From the NCBI RefSeq assembly GCF_006345805.1, contig NC_042998.1, positions 69,378,001 through 69,442,000 of the forward strand: a stretch of DNA of 64,000 nt. The letters are read 5' to 3'. Below the pieces are notes generated by a model. The model searched no databases and had not been told where the DNA came from. It saw only the letters and a list, made by a program, of their open reading frames with translations. Position 1 is the stretch's first letter; every line of letters starts with the position of its first letter. Both the position numbers and the translations under genes were made by a program. Shown here one piece after another: positions 1 to 13,926 of this stretch. The DNA comes from Octopus sinensis (Eukaryota).

Positions 1-1538
1 TTGCAAGGGCTTCTAAATTAGTGAGAGTGATGTCATTAGTGTTCCTTTCGAGCCTTTGTAAGTCAACGCCCGTGGAGAAAGATATGAGCAGGTGTGGGGG
101 AAAGATTGGGTGACGTAATTCGAGCAAGACCTGGCAGGGGCGAGGGCGGGGAAGCTGGATGCAACAAGGCTGAGGGGAAGAAGAGAGATGTGTGTGGGGG
201 GGGGGGGGGAGTGCTTGAGTATATGCGGTATGGGGATCCGGTCAGCTCCGAGGTGCAGATGTCATGTTTTGTGTGTGTGTGTGTGTAGGATGGGATACGG
301 TAGATTATATCAACCTCTCCCCATTCACTGCTCTATATAACCCAGAAGAATGAAATGTAGAGCTGACCTCGGCGGGATTTGAACTCGGAATGTAAAACTT
401 CCTACTTAGTCTGTTACTCTACCGATCCACCGTCCTTAATGTGTTAAAGAAATATAATTTATTTGGAATTCCTCTTTTGTTGTGGCTAACTTCATGTTTC
501 GTATTTCCGGAGATCGATAAGATAAAATATCAATAAGATTTTTGCACAAGGCCGGCAATTTTGGGGGAGGGGTAAGTCGATTATATCAACCCCAGTGCTC
601 ACCTAGTTTATCAATCCCTAAAGGATGAAAAGCAAAGTCGACCTCAGAACGTAAAGACGGTCGAAATGCCGTTAAGCATTTTCCCCCGGCGTGCTAACAA
701 TTCTGTCAGTTCGCCGCCTTAAATATCGATAAAAAAAATATTGGTTTCAAATTTTAGCACAAGGCCAGCAATTTCGGGGGAGGGGTTAAATCGATTACAT
801 CGAAATTCCCCCCTCCCCATGCTCAACTGGAACTTATTTATCGAGCTCGAAATGATGAAAGGCAAAGTCGACCTCGGCGGAATTTGAGCTCTGAAAGCAA
901 GCACGGACGAAATGCCGCTAAGCATTTTGTCCGGCAAAATATGAATAAAAATACTGAAATCAATCGATTGCTTCGCCAGTCCAGTTTGTCTAGTAAAGGA
1001 TAAACTCATAAACAATAATTTTATCTCGGACAATTAATTAGACAAATCCATAGACATGCTTTTACTGATTGTTATAGGTGATATTCAGTTATGTTACTCT
1101 ACGTTTCTGAGTTCAAATCCTGCTGAAGTTAACTTTACCTTTCATAATTCAAAGTTAAAAAAATAAAGTGTACCTATGAAATACTAGCGTCGATGGTATC
1201 CGCTAGCCCTTGTCCTTCCAAATTCCGCCGGGGTCGACTTTGCCTTTCATCCTTTCGAGGTCGATTAAATAAGTACCAGTTACGCACTGGGGGCGATATA
1301 ATCGACTTAATCCGTTTGTCTGTCCTTGTTTGTCCTCCCTGTGTTTAGCCCCTTGTGGGTAGTAAAGAAATAGGCATTTCGTCTGATTTGACGTTCTGAG
1401 TTCAAATTCCGTTGAGGTCGTCTTTGCCTTTCATCCTTTCGGGGTCGATAAATTAAGTACCTGTTGCATACTGGAATCGATCTAATCGACTGGTCCTTTC
1501 CCCCAAAATTTTGGGCCTTGTGCCCATAATAGAAAGGA

Positions 1539-1589
1539 TTCTTCTTCTTCTTCTTCTTCTTCTTCTTCTTCTTCTTCTTCTTCTTCTTC
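1539..1589 (+). repeat. (CTT)n microsatellite, tail of a SINE copy
   Basis: Direct reading. It explains the poly-Lys of spurious ORF 1307..1612. Confidence 0.95.
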
Positions 1590-1940
1590 GCTGAGGTTGA
1601 TTTGCCTTTCATCCCTTTAAGATTGATAAATTAAGTTACAGTGAAGCACTGGGGTCGATTTGATCGACTAGTCTCCTCCCCACAAATTTCAGGCCTTATG
1701 CCTTTAGTAAAAAAGATTATTATTATTATTAAATAAGCGAACTGGCAAAATCGTTTGCACGTCGATTAAAATGTTTTGCGGCTTTTTTACGTTCCGAGTT
1801 CAAATTCCGCCGAAGTCGAATTTGCTTTTCATCCTTTCGGAGGTCGATAAAATAAGAACCAGTTGAGCACTGGGGTCAATGTAATCGATTAGACCCGCTT
1901 CCCCAAAATTTCAGGCTTCGTCCCTATTATAGAAAGACCT

Positions 1941-1943
1941 ACC

Positions 1944-2016
<73 letters not shown>
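1941..2016 (+). repeat. Compound (ACC)n(ACT)n(AAT)n microsatellite
   Basis: Direct reading. Confidence 0.95.
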
Positions 2017-2017
<1 letters not shown>

Positions 2018-2164
2018 CTTTATATCAATGGATGATTCTAAACTAGTTAAAGCGCCGAATGAAATACTTAGAAATATTTCCTTAGTTACGGTTTTTAAGT
2101 TTCAAATACTGCTAAGATTAACTGGGGTCAATAAACTTAATGCCCTTAGCAATAGATTTGCATA

Positions 2165-2630
2165 TCTATAATCTGATAACTTTGATAGGTTTCGGCCAGT
2201 ATAGGCCCAGGCCATGTCTATCTTAATAGCACCACCTAGTGAAGTCTTTTAGTCATATATGGGGCACCATGGACCACTCTAGCAAAGAGTGATTATTGTT
2301 GGAGACATCCGGGTATAAGAGGTTGGTCCGGGACTTTCTGAAGAAATTCGTCCAGTGAACTTTTGAATGTTATGGGATCCGTTTCCGTTTTGACTTATTT
2401 TGGCATGGTATTAAAGAGTGCTGGACGGCTTGAAGTAAAGTAATTGTGACATAATGCTATGTGTCCTGAGTTCGATTTTTGTAGTGGGCGGATAGCACGG
2501 GGGCCAAGTCTTGGATGGATTTTAAAATTGATGCCAACATCATTTGTGCAATATTGATGGAATATTTTCCACATCACACAAATGATGGAGCGCTGCCGGC
2601 GGCGCTGGAGAGAGTAGAGATTGAGTTTTT
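2165..2630 (-). mobile_element. 3' end of a CR1-group LINE (ORF2 C-terminus plus 3' UTR), degenerate
   Basis: Minus strand reads LNLYSLQRRRQRSIICVMWKI...PALFNTMPK*VKTETDPITFKSSLDEFLQKVPDQPLIPG, matching the SLQRRR.RY / FK..LD.FL..VPDQP C-terminal signature. One stop and a frameshift. Confidence 0.7.
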
Positions 2631-3007
2631 TTTAGCATATCTATTCACTACATTAACGAAACTTATAACCTAAGGGCGCTTCTATTTCGTTGCTAGACTT
2701 GCTAAAATGAATAGTGCGCATATATGATAAAGGAAGATTTGTGCTTATTTCGTGTTGGATTATTGATATAGCTATAATGTTCCGGTGATCTGATGAGCTA
2801 GCTTTCTTTATTTGCATCAATTTGTGAACATACAAGTGTATTGTATAATGATGAGCAAACATATTAATGCAAAATGTATGCATAATTTCTTCTCTGCTGA
2901 AATACTCCATGAAGATGGTTGCAAAGCGGTCGTAATTCTAGGGAAGTTACTCAGTTAAATAAATGTATATTCACCTCTCGTACCTCTTGATTTTATGGTT
3001 TTATATA

Positions 3008-3348
3008 CCGTATTTGATGGCCTATAAGACGCACGAACGCATAGGACGCACCCTAGCCTACGCTTATACTTTTGTAAAATAAATTACCACTAAGATATTG
3101 TTTTAATTCCTCCACTTACCTGTATAACTTTGTTATTACCGGTAATTATAAGCAGTTTATTGCATCTACATTCGACATAAACATACCGTAGGCAATTGTT
3201 CACAATAGATGGCAGCATACGTTTTGTAAACATTCCGTTTTGAGCGAGTTTTGAGATCACATTGAGTGCATTGCACGCAGGGTGATTTTTAAAGCCATTT
3301 TTGGGTAATAAAAAAAGTGGGGGCGTCTTAGGGGGCCATCAAATACGG
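3008..3348. mobile_element. Tigger/pogo-type MITE
   Basis: TIRs CCGTATTTGATGGCC..TAAGACGC at both ends; TA target duplication at 3006-3007 and 3349-3350. Confidence 0.85.
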
Positions 3349-3900
3349 TACTTCTCATGAAATAGTTTCATTGATTGGCTCTTCTGAATTTTCAGTTACA
3401 TAGACACTACATTACATTTTTGTAATTGATTACTATGTGGATTGATAGCCGCGTCCGTACGAGGAGCTTTATGTGATTTAAGGGATTTTAAATTGATAGA
3501 TAGATAGATAAAATCTGTCTAAATGACACCCAACTGCCTAAAAGGACGCAAAAAATGAAGGACATATTGAATTATGTAGTCCTATATACACTGTTCCTGA
3601 AAACAAGTCATTGTGTTCCTGATTGGAAGGTCTTTGATCAAAGATCAGCTTGATTAGGGTTGACCCAGGGCTACACAGCAACAACATTTTATATCGAACT
3701 CGAAATCCCAAGTGGCTAGAAAAAGCAGCTAAACCTACTCTTAGGTACACTGTGCACGAAGAACAAGGTAAAAACTATCAAGATAAAACGTCTTTGATAG
3801 AAGGTCTGCTGGTTTAGGGCTAACCTGGGGTTAAACAACAACAACAACAGTCGCAACAAAAAGTCATTAAAGATTATATATATTCCTATGGTTTAATTAA

Positions 3901-4091
3901 AAGTTGGCGAGCTGGCACGTCGGACAAAATGCTTAGCAGCATTTCCTCCGGTTCCTTACGTTCTGAGTTCAAATTCCGTCCAGATCAGCTATGCCTTTCA
4001 TTCCTTCGGGGGATCGATAAAAGTAAAGTACCAGTCATGTACTGGGGTCCATGTAATTTACTAACCCCTCTTCTCAAAATTGCTGGCCTTG
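3901..4091 (+). mobile_element. tRNA-derived SINE, family C
   Basis: Head GGCGAGCTGGCA, B-box GTTCTGAGTTCAAATTCC, Meta-like core. Confidence 0.8.
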
Positions 4092-4383
4092 AATCGTACA
4101 ACGGACCGGCATCCCATACAGAGTGTGTTGCGATTTCAGCCCTTATTACCATGGAAACCGACGAACAGGCTCTATGAGCCCCAGGGCTCAAGAAAAATAT
4201 TTCAAAACTATTTTCATTACATAATCAGTTTTATATTAAACCTCTTCTAAACTTTATCTTCAGACGTTACAAAATCTTTCTTATTCGCCTTAGTATTTTC
4301 TAACGAAGACATTGTGGTTATTCCCCTTAGACTGCTTGACTTGCAGTAAGTATGACAAATCCGTGCACCTGCACACACGCATG

Positions 4384-4430
<47 letters not shown>

Positions 4431-4603
4431 GGGTTCGACATAAAATCCTCTCGTATTTTACACGACCATTGGGTTGGGCACACGCACACATTTTGCAGGG
4501 TGGAGTGGAGTAGGGTGGGCCCTTTTCTGAGAAACTCTTGATTGAATTAAGCAATGTTTAACAATAATGGAAAAGCTTTCATTTTTCCCCATTTCTCACC
4601 TGC

Positions 4604-5005
4604 ATATGTGTTTGTGAGTGTGTTTACGTGTGTGTGTGGACGTATTTATGTGTGTGTATATGTGATTACGTGTTTGTGAATATGTTTACGTGTGTATATG
4701 GATGCATTTATGTGTGTGTGTGTGTGTGTATGTGATTACGTGTTTGTGAGTGTGTTTACGTGTATGTATGGATGTATTTATGTGTGTGTGTGTGTATGTG
4801 ATTACGTGTTTGTGAGTATGTTTACGTGTATGTATGGATGTATTTATGTGTGTTTCAGTCTGTGAGTGTATGTGTGATTACATGTTTGTGTCTCAGTGTG
4901 TGGTTGATTGTGTGTATGGATGTATTTGTGTGTGTGTGTGTGTGTGTGTGTGTCTGAGTGCGTGATTGCCTGTGTGTATGGATGTGTTTATGTGCATGTG
5001 TGTGT
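4604..5005 (+). repeat. GT-rich minisatellite, ~55-70 bp unit (GTGTTTGTGAGTGTGTTTACGTG...GGATGTATTTATGTG...GTGATTAC)
   Basis: At least four recognisable units, decaying into (GT)n. Confidence 0.85.
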
Positions 5006-5811
5006 GCATAGAAGGTGAATTGACAAAATCGTTACAACTTCAAAAAAAAAAAATTAATAAATAAGTAAAAACTGCTTTGCTGTATCTGTTTTGGCTTTGT
5101 ATATTCCGAGTTCAAATCCCACCGGAGTCGACATTGCTTTTCATCTTCTTCAGGGTCCATAAAATAAAATACAAGTGAAATACTCGACTAACCCCCGCCA
5201 CAACCATCACACCACCCCATCCACTCGAAATTAATTGCCTTATGCCTCAATTAGAAGCAATCATTTATAATTAAACTAAAAAAAAAAAAAAATGTTCATC
5301 TGCTGACTTTGCAAGATATAAGGTGGAGGTGGGTGGGGGGGTCTGCTGAATGTCACATGACCTGGATTGGAAGAATAAAGCAACAGTTTTGTACCAATGT
5401 TTATTTCCTGAATATTTTCACCATATTCATTAAAACAGGCTAAACAGGGTGTTTGTTAAACTGATTCTTGGACTGTATTTTTTTTTTTTTTTCGTTAGAA
5501 TGGAATGTGCGTTTGGAATGTTTGAAAAACTAAACAGACATAAATTCAGGAACACATGTGAAATACATTCACAAATGCATACTTTCTATATATATGCACA
5601 CACACACACGCGCACACACACGTCCCCTTCCAGAGCCACTCCACACACACATGCATTCACACATCTATACTTAAATACATACATTCATACATATTTATAT
5701 TGATACATTCAATATGTTTGTCGTTGTGTGCCTTTGGCTCATTTTTGGCAAGGGTGCGTTGCTATCGTTGAAAGGTTTGCCAAGTACTAACATTATATAT
5801 CATCATCGTCG

Positions 5812-6345
5812 TCATCATCATCATTTAGCGTCCATTTTCCATGCTGGCATGGGTTGGATAGTTCGACCAGGGCTGGCAAGCTGGAAGGCTGCACAAGACG
5901 CCAGTCTCATTTGGCATGGTTTTCTACAGCTGGATGCTCTTCCTAATGCCAACCACTCCAAGAGTGTAATGGGTGTTTTATGTGCCACCAGCACAGGTGT
6001 CATTTGCGTGACACTGGTATCTGTCAAGACAGCAATTTTACTTGACTTTGATGGGTTTTCACAAGCACATTATATATATATCATCATCATCATCATCATC
6101 GTCATCATTTAACGTCCGCTTTCCATTCTGGCATGGGTTGGACAGTTTAACTGAGGACTGGCAAGCCAGAAGGCTGCACCAGACTCCAATCTAATCTGGC
6201 AAAGTTTCTACAGCTGGATGCCCTTCCAGTCCACTCAGTAAATTGGTTGGCATTTAGAAAGGCATCCAGCTATAGAGACAATGGAGCTTGGTTTAATTTT
6301 CAGCTGTCCAACTCTTGTCAAACCGTCCAACCCATGCCAGCATGG
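5812..6345. mobile_element. Three adjacent copies of the (GAT)n-tailed SINE/LINE-tail family A (two minus, one plus)
   Basis: Recurrent GTTGGCGTTAGGAAGGGCATCCAGCTGTAGAAAC...CCAACCCATGCCAGCATGGAAAACGGACGTTAAA(TGA)n motif or its reverse complement. Confidence 0.8.
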
Positions 6346-7230
6346 GTCGGACAGTTTGACTGGTCACTTGAGTGCAGTTGAGTATAGAGCTGCTCAGTTA
6401 GGGCTGACTCAGGATTAAACAACAATAACAAATTTATGTACATGCATAGTTCTCTCCCTTGTTCTGTAGTCTTAACTTTTCATACACACACACACACATT
6501 GACAGATTCTCTCTTCCATTCACACACATACGTATTACTGTGATAATACATACTAACACATACCAGCTGTCCTTCCTCTACTCAGAAATCACGTAAATAT
6601 TATTCACTCTCAATGATTTCTAATGACATCATCATTGTCATCAGCAAGTTCGCAGAACTGTTAACACGCCGGGCGAAAGGCTTAGCAGCATTTCATCTGT
6701 CTTTATGTTCTGAGTTCAAATTCCGCTGTGGTCGACTTTGCCTTTCATCCTTTTGGGGTCAATAAATTAAGTACCAGTTGCATACTGGGGTCAATCTAAT
6801 CGACTGGCTCCCTCCCCAAAAAATTCAGGCCTTATACCTAAAGTTGAAAAGAAATCACATAAATATTCAGTTCAAAGATATTTTGCTTTTTTTTTTTTTT
6901 CCTTTTTTTGTTACCTTTTCTTATTTTCTCCCTTTTCTTGAAAAAGAGCCTCTGCTTGAAATATAAATACTTCCTGCTTCTGTACAGTGTAGCAAAAAAC
7001 CCCATCAAGATTCACCATCCTTGGTAAATGTTTCAACAACAAGCACATGATAAGCACCAGTTTAATCATGAATATAACAAAAAAGAAATGTTAAAACATA
7101 AAGACACCATGTCCAAGACACTGAAATACAGGGTGCAGAAGAAAAACTTATTGGGGTTTTTTCTACTGCACCCTGTATTTTTTAAATAAGGATTTTTTGT
7201 GTCAAACCAGATTAGATGCATTGTCTAATT

Positions 7231-7620
7231 TTATTCTTTTATTAGTTTCAGTCATTTGACTGCACCACCTTTAGTCCAACAAATTGACCCCAGGACTTAT
7301 TCTTTGTAAGCCTGGTACTTATTCTATCAGTCTCTTTTGCCGAACTGCTAAGTTACGGGGACATAAACACACCAGCATCAGTTTTCAGTCAATGGTTGGG
7401 GGAGGACAAAGACACACACACAAACATATGCACACACACACGTACACACACATATATATGATGGGCTTCTTTCAGCTTCCATCTACCAAATCCACTCACA
7501 AGACTTTGGTTGGCCTGAGGCTATAGTAGAAGACACTAGCTCAAGGTGTCACGCAGTGGGACTGAACCCAGAACCATGTGGTTGATAAGCAAGCTATTTA
7601 CCATATAGCCACTCCTGCAC
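7231..7620 (-). mobile_element. tRNA-derived CORE-type SINE (family B, octopus OR1/OR2-like)
   Basis: Reverse complement has head GCAGGAGTGGCT.TGGTAAG, B-box GGTTCAGTCCC, CORE-like CACCTTG(G/A)GC(A/T)AGTGTCTTC, and tail related to CATGGCCGCAGTCAAATGACTGAAAC. The family name is from recall. Confidence 0.75.
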
Positions 7621-8249
7621 TTATTTAGGTTACCTCCCTTTACATTCTGATTTCAAATTCCAACAATATCAAATTAACGTTTTGTTCTTTCAGGGTTGAT
7701 GAACTAAGTACCAGTCATATATTAGGGCTGATTAAATTAATTTGTATCTCTTTCCACCCATTCCTGTTCAGGTTTAATAAACCTGTCCCTATCACTAGGA
7801 ATATATCATCTGTTTAGAAGATTATAAACGAATACAAATATTGTAAATTTAATTGAGTTTCTTTTGACCGGAAGTTGTTTTGCAACCATTGACTTGTTTA
7901 AGTTCCAATTAAACTAGTTTTATGATAAAGATTAATATCTTCAGCAATTATCCTCTCATTTAAATGGCAGGTTTCTGAGTAAAACAAAGTCTTATCTATC
8001 AGGGTCAAGTGTGTTGTTGGAATATGATATTTTCTGACATTCCACAATACCAGAAAATTGTAGGGATGGAGTACAGCTGATGGCATGGAGCTGTTTGGTA
8101 CATGAAGAGTTAAATATCAATTAGGGCTGGTTTGTTTCTAAACAACAGCAACAAAAACATGGAAGCAACAGCAGCAACAATAACACTACCAACAACAACT
8201 GTACCACACCTGTCGTTCTCAGCCATTTTTTGCCTGTGGATACCTTTTA

Positions 8250-8670
8250 TCATCATCATCATCATCATTTAACTTCCATTGTCAATACTGGCATAGGTTG
8301 GATGGTTTGACCAGGGCTGATAAGCTGATGGGCTGCACCAGACTCTGGTGTGATTTGGCATGGCTTCTAAAGCTGGATGCCCTTCCTAATGCCAACCAGT
8401 CCAAGACTGTGTTGGGTGCTTTTACGTGCCACCAGCATGGGTGCCAGTTACGTGACACTGGTATCGATCACATTGCCTCCATGTGGCCCAGCACTCGAAA
8501 GGTGCCTTTTACATTCCACTGGCATGGGTGCCTGTTATGTGACACCAGTATCAGCCACATTGCCTCCATGTGGCCCAGCACTCGAATGGTGCTTTTTATG
8601 TGCCACAAGCATGGGTGCCAGTTACGTAACATCAGCATCAGCCACAGCTACAATTTCACTTGGCTTTGAT
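8250..8670 (-). mobile_element. Family A repeat with an internal 87-bp tandem array
   Basis: GGGTGCC anchors at 8439, 8526 and 8613; family A tail at the left end. Confidence 0.8.
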
Positions 8671-10621
8671 TTCTTTTTTAATTGGATGAACCCCCTTAGC
8701 CGTCTGATGCTTACAAAAAGCCTCATTATATTTTTGTACCTAAATTTTATAAGGAATTGTATAAAAAAGATTGTTAAAATATTTTGTGTATTCTTAGAAG
8801 TATAAGAAGTTTATTGCAGATAAATTTGAGCAACAAAATATTTTAAGGACCCCCAAAGATCTTACGGACCCCAGTTGGGAACCAATGACCTACAACACCA
8901 CCACCAACAACAACAATTAGTCTATCAGTCAAATCCTGAAGTTCTCGATGGTGCCTTCCATCAGCAGGGAAAAGCAGGTACTTTTCCTCTGTCTGGTGGC
9001 TATGGCAACCTTAGCCATTTTGTATCTCTTTAAAAATGTGACCAAGACCCTGCCTCCTCTATGGCCATCATTGTTCAGTCTTTATCTGTGACTTGCAAAT
9101 ATCACAATTATTGTAATTTATTTAGAAGACCAACTGTGATTGACTTCTTGGTTGAATTTTCTTGGTTCCCAACATTAGTTTACAAAATTAAAGCATCTGA
9201 CAAATATGTATATTCTTTTCTCTCTTGATAAACAAGCACTTAGCCAAGTTCATCATCATCATCATCATCATCATTTAACGTCTGTTTTCCATGCTAGCAT
9301 GGGTTGGCCAAGTTATATATATATGTGTGTGTGTGTGTGGTGTGTGTGTGTGTGTGATACCAAAGTATCAGATAAATGTGAAACAAGGTGGAAAATATAG
9401 TACTCGAATACCGGAGGTAGAGTAATATACTTTATGAATAAATCTCCTGAGACATCACGGAAACTGTTACTCAGAGTTCCAAGTTCCCATTTGTATATAT
9501 TAACTGAAGTATACATGGATTCTTAAATGAGGAAGGGGGTGAGAGAGGGGAGATGTTTGTGTCTCCTCTTCATATTGCGTGATGGTTGTAAAGGAATGTA
9601 ATTCATTTCTAAAATTCTGTGAAAACATGTCAGGCTATGCAGAAATATTACTTTTCCTGGAAACAGTTAAGGGTTGGCAACAACAAGGGCATCCTGCTGT
9701 GGAATATTTGCTTCAATAAAATGCATGAGAAAGTGGACATTACAATGATGTTGATGATAATGATGATGATATATCTGCAGACAACAACAGCCATTTCAGG
9801 ATATTGCCCTTCATCAGTACAAAGTACCAGATAGTCATAATGTATTCAAACAAACGCAGTGGAACATCAGTATATGAATTTAATGTGTTCCTGAAGGCTG
9901 TTTCTCATCTGGAATATTCATAAACTGAAACTATTTTCCCCATAGGATATTCACAAGAAGGCATAGTGAATTCGAGCAGGGATGTTCCTTGAGTGAAAGT
10001 TAGAAAGCATCTGATGATCTCCTGCTGATATTCCCAGCTTGTCGCCAACCATTGTTGCCAGCTTGTATGTTTGTTACTTGAGACACTTCGTTTATGTTCA
10101 AAAAATTATAAACTAATCTGATTGTGATGAGAGGCATTCATAAACTGAGCTTCCTCTGTAGCTCAAAACAAAAGATAATTAGACAATAATTGTTTTCATT
10201 AAAATTGTTTTTTTCAAAAAGGGGGAGAATGGAGTGAAATGATAAAATTAAAACTGCCGGTTGTTATGAAAACAACAAGAGAAAAAAAAAGAATTTTGAA
10301 AAATGCTAATTTTTACTGCTATAGGTTTAAAACCAATTTAATGACAGTAAATCTCCATTATTGTCTAACACTTTTCCATTTTGAATACAATAAAATAATT
10401 ATCTAATGCTTTGTACTAATAACAGACAATATTTTAAAACAGCTGTCTGTGTACAGTAAGGTGGAAATTTGGTGATAGACAAGGAGCAGGGAGAGAAAGA
10501 ATTAGTAATGTCTGGTTAATCTTTTTCCTCAGAAGGAGTAGAAACATAAACAAAAAGAAAAGCAACTAAAAGAGAAAGCGAGATAAAGGGTTTAGTGGTT
10601 TTCAAAAGACGAAAGAATATT

Positions 10622-11016
10622 CTTTTATTATTTTCTTTTACTTGTTTCAGTCATTTGTCTGTGGCCATGCTGGAGCACTGCATTTAGGCGAGCAAATCGA
10701 CCGCAGGACTTATTCTTTTGTAAGCCTAGTTCCATCGGTCTCCCTTACCGAACCACTAAGTTACGGGGACGTAAACACAACAGCATCAGTTGTCAAGCAA
10801 TGTTGGGGGGACAAACACAGATATACAAACATATACACACACATACGTATATACAACAGGCTTCTTTCAATTTCCGTCTCCCAAATCCACTCACAAGGCT
10901 TTGGTTGGCCCGGGGCTATAGTAAAAGACACTTGCCCAAGGTGCCACACAGTAGGACTGAACTCATAACCAAGTGGTTGGTAAGCAAGCTACTTGCCACA
11001 CAGCCACTCCTGCACC
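10622..11016 (-). mobile_element. Full-length family B SINE
   Basis: Same head, core and tail as 7231-7620. Confidence 0.8.
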
Positions 11017-12574
11017 TATATGTTACAAGAATTATAATTTTCCCTGAAAATTTTATTTTTCCAATTATTTTATCTAATATTACTTCATAGGAAAAAAAAA
11101 AAAATATTGAGAATTGTCTCATTTCTATTTTTATTGAAATATATTAAAATGGACAGTAGGTGGGTGGGGAGAAGTAATACAGAGGAAAGATATGTGAACT
11201 CAAACATGAAATAGAAAATAATCACTTTAGTATTATTGAGCTCAAATTCCACCATGGTCAACTTTGCCTTTCATCCTTCCAGGATTGCTGAAATAAGCAT
11301 CAGTCAAGCACTGGGGTTGATGTAATTAAGTGCCCCTTCCCTTCAAAACTGCTGGCTTTGTGCCAAAACTAGAAAAAATTATTATTATTATTATCATTAT
11401 GTTGCTGAAAAAAAGACTATGAATGTGATGAGTGAAAAATCTAAAAAATTGTTCGTTAAAGAAAAGAAAATTAACTAAAGAAAGTAAATTGTCGTATATT
11501 ATCAATTCCTTTGCTTATCCAAGCAAAAAGGTTCTGGGCTTTTTTTTTTTTTTTTTTTTTTGTTACAATAAAGAATTCACAAAGAGGGGAGTAAGTTACT
11601 TTCAGGCAAAATGGTCAGGTTGTAGAGTCATATGGAAGATCATGTATAAGAATTTAGCATACTTGGAGAGTTATGTTAGAAAAAATTTTATAAGTAGAAA
11701 GATATATAAAGAAGAAACAGAATTAATGGAAGCAAACTTAATGTGGCTATTTTAAGACTTTTGTTTATTTCTAAAGAACTTATAATTAAGAATTATCCAG
11801 ATGTGCAAAAAGAATTGTATTATATAAAACACACATCTGTATGTGTCTGTGTGTATAATAAATGTGCATATATTAGGCACAGTTGCAAAGCTTGCTTCCC
11901 AATCATGTGGTCTTGGGTTCAGTTTCACTTTATGGCACCTTGGACAAGTGTCTTCTATTACAGCTTCAAGCTGACTAAAGCTGTGTTCATGGATTTGATA
12001 GACAGAAACTGAAAGAGCCCATGACATATTTATATATCATCACCATCATCTTCATCATCATTTAGCATCTGTTTTTCCATGCTGGCATGGGTTGGACAGT
12101 TTGACAAGAGCTGAAAAGGTTGGGAGCCACACCAGATTCCATTGTCTGTTTTGACTTGGTTTCAACAGCTGAATGCCCTTCCTAATGCCAACCACTTTAC
12201 AGAGTATGTTGGGTGCTTTTTATGTGGAACCCACACCATAAGGGTCACCAGGTACCTTTCAAGACAAAAATTCCTCAACTGGGAGTAGCATAGAAGGTGG
12301 GGTGGGCTTTATAGAATTATAGAAGGGGACAGATATAGGTGACTTGCTGTAGAGTAGATGCAGGGATACCCCAGTTGGAAGAGAAAGGAAAGTGAGTTGG
12401 AGAGTAAGATAAGGAGAGCAACAGAGAGAGAGAGAGAGGTGATGGTAAAGATAGGAGATTGGTGGAGAGAATTGAAGGATTAAGAAAATTGGAAATCAAA
12501 GTGGTTTGGGGGTGGGAGAAAAAATAACTGAGAAAGCCAGGGAATGTAGAGTGTTCCTATTCTGCTCTCTGGTA

Positions 12575-12778
12575 CAGGGGTGTAGCTAGGGTAAATAGTA
12601 TCCAGGGCAAGCATCAAAATTGCATCCCCCCACCAAAAAGCGGAAACACATAAAATAAAATGCAAAACTGTTTTTTCTTAATGGATCAATTAGAAAATGA
12701 TTTTGGTCAAAATTACGCCCCACTCAAAGTGGCGCCCAGGGCATATGCCCTGCTTACCCCACCCTAGCTACACCCCTG
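12575..12778. mobile_element. hAT-type MITE
   Basis: Perfect 18-bp TIR CAGGGGTGTAGCTAGGGT; 8-bp flanks CTCTGGTA / CTCGGGTG (6/8 match, probably a decayed TSD). Confidence 0.8.
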
Positions 12779-13542
12779 CTCGGGTGATTGAGGAGTGTTA
12801 AGTGTTTAGGGATGAAATGTGTGTGTGTGTATGTGGGGGTGGAGATTGACAGGGCAGTGATGGTAGGGGTGAGGGGCAGAACCCTTCATAGAGAAGCATT
12901 TTATATATTTCAGTTATTAGACTGTGGCCATGCTAGGGCAAATTGACTCATCATCATCATCATTATCTGATTTTTAAAAGTCTACTACATATTCTATCAG
13001 TCTTTTTTGCTAAACCACTAAGTTACAAGGACATAAAACAAACTGCTGCATTGGTTGTCAAGTGAGAGGGAGGGTGAAATGAATGGACACAGAAACACAA
13101 ACGCCCACTGATATATCATCATCATCATCGTATATCTGTCTTCCATGCTGGCATGGGTTGGACATTTTGACAGGAGCTGGTAAGGCTAGGTGTCACACTC
13201 GGTGCCATTGTCAGTTTTGGCATCATTTCTATGGCTGGATGCTCTTTCTAATGTCAACCAATGTACAGAGTATACTGGGTGCTTTTCCCATGGCACCAGC
13301 ACCAACAGGGTCACCAAGTAACTGCTCAGCTAGAAGGAGGGAGTATAGGGAGGCTGATGGTGGCTTTGTGCCGGTTGAATGATGGGCTTCCATACAGTTT
13401 CCATCTATAAAACTCACATACAAGGCATTGGTTGGCCCATGGTTATAACAGAAGACACTTGCTCAAGGTGCTGTGCAGTGGGACTGAACCTGAAACCACA
13501 TTGCTACAAAGCAGGATTCTTAACCGTATAGCTAATCCTATG

Positions 13543-13585
<43 letters not shown>

Positions 13586-13926
13586 ACACAACAAAATAGC
13601 ATTGGGCCTCATGGAGGCAGAGGCTGAGTTCCTTTTGAGCATTGGGCCTCACGGAGGTAATAACCAAGCCCTTTGGCATTATGTTGTGCTTGAGAAGAAG
13701 ACCCATCAAGCCGAGCAAAATGGCAGTCATGGCAGGTACTGGTGTTACACAAATGGCACCTAAAAGCACCCATTTCACACTTGGAGTGGTTGGCGTTAAG
13801 AAGGGCATCCAGCCCTAGAAAACCATGCCAAATCAGACTGGAGTCTGATGCAGCCTTCCAGCTTACCAGCCCTGGTCACACCATCCAACCCTTACCAGCA
13901 TGGACAACGGACATTAAATGATGGTG

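Larger units (their letters stand above)
302..2140. mobile_element. Cluster of about 10 full or partial copies of a tRNA-derived SINE (family C, Meta-core-like); minus-strand copies at ~300-940, plus-strand copies at ~1090-2140
   Basis: Repeated GTTCTGAGTTCAAATTCC (B-box-like) followed by GGTCGACTTTGCCTTTCATCCTTTCGGGGTCGATAAATTAAGTACCAG and simple-repeat tails. The core resembles the MetaSINE domain as recalled. Confidence 0.8.

Noticed and set aside
5714-8805. Recurrent ORFs containing LDALPNANH or LCATS motifs (also at ~23.7, 37.3, 45.7, 56.5 and 61.4 kb)
   Set aside because: Chance translations of the family A repeat; frames and stops are inconsistent between copies.
11432-11755. Chromodomain-like FQAKWSG...W...NL pattern
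   Set aside because: Spacing is off, the frame crosses a T-run, and no retroelement or gene context supports it.
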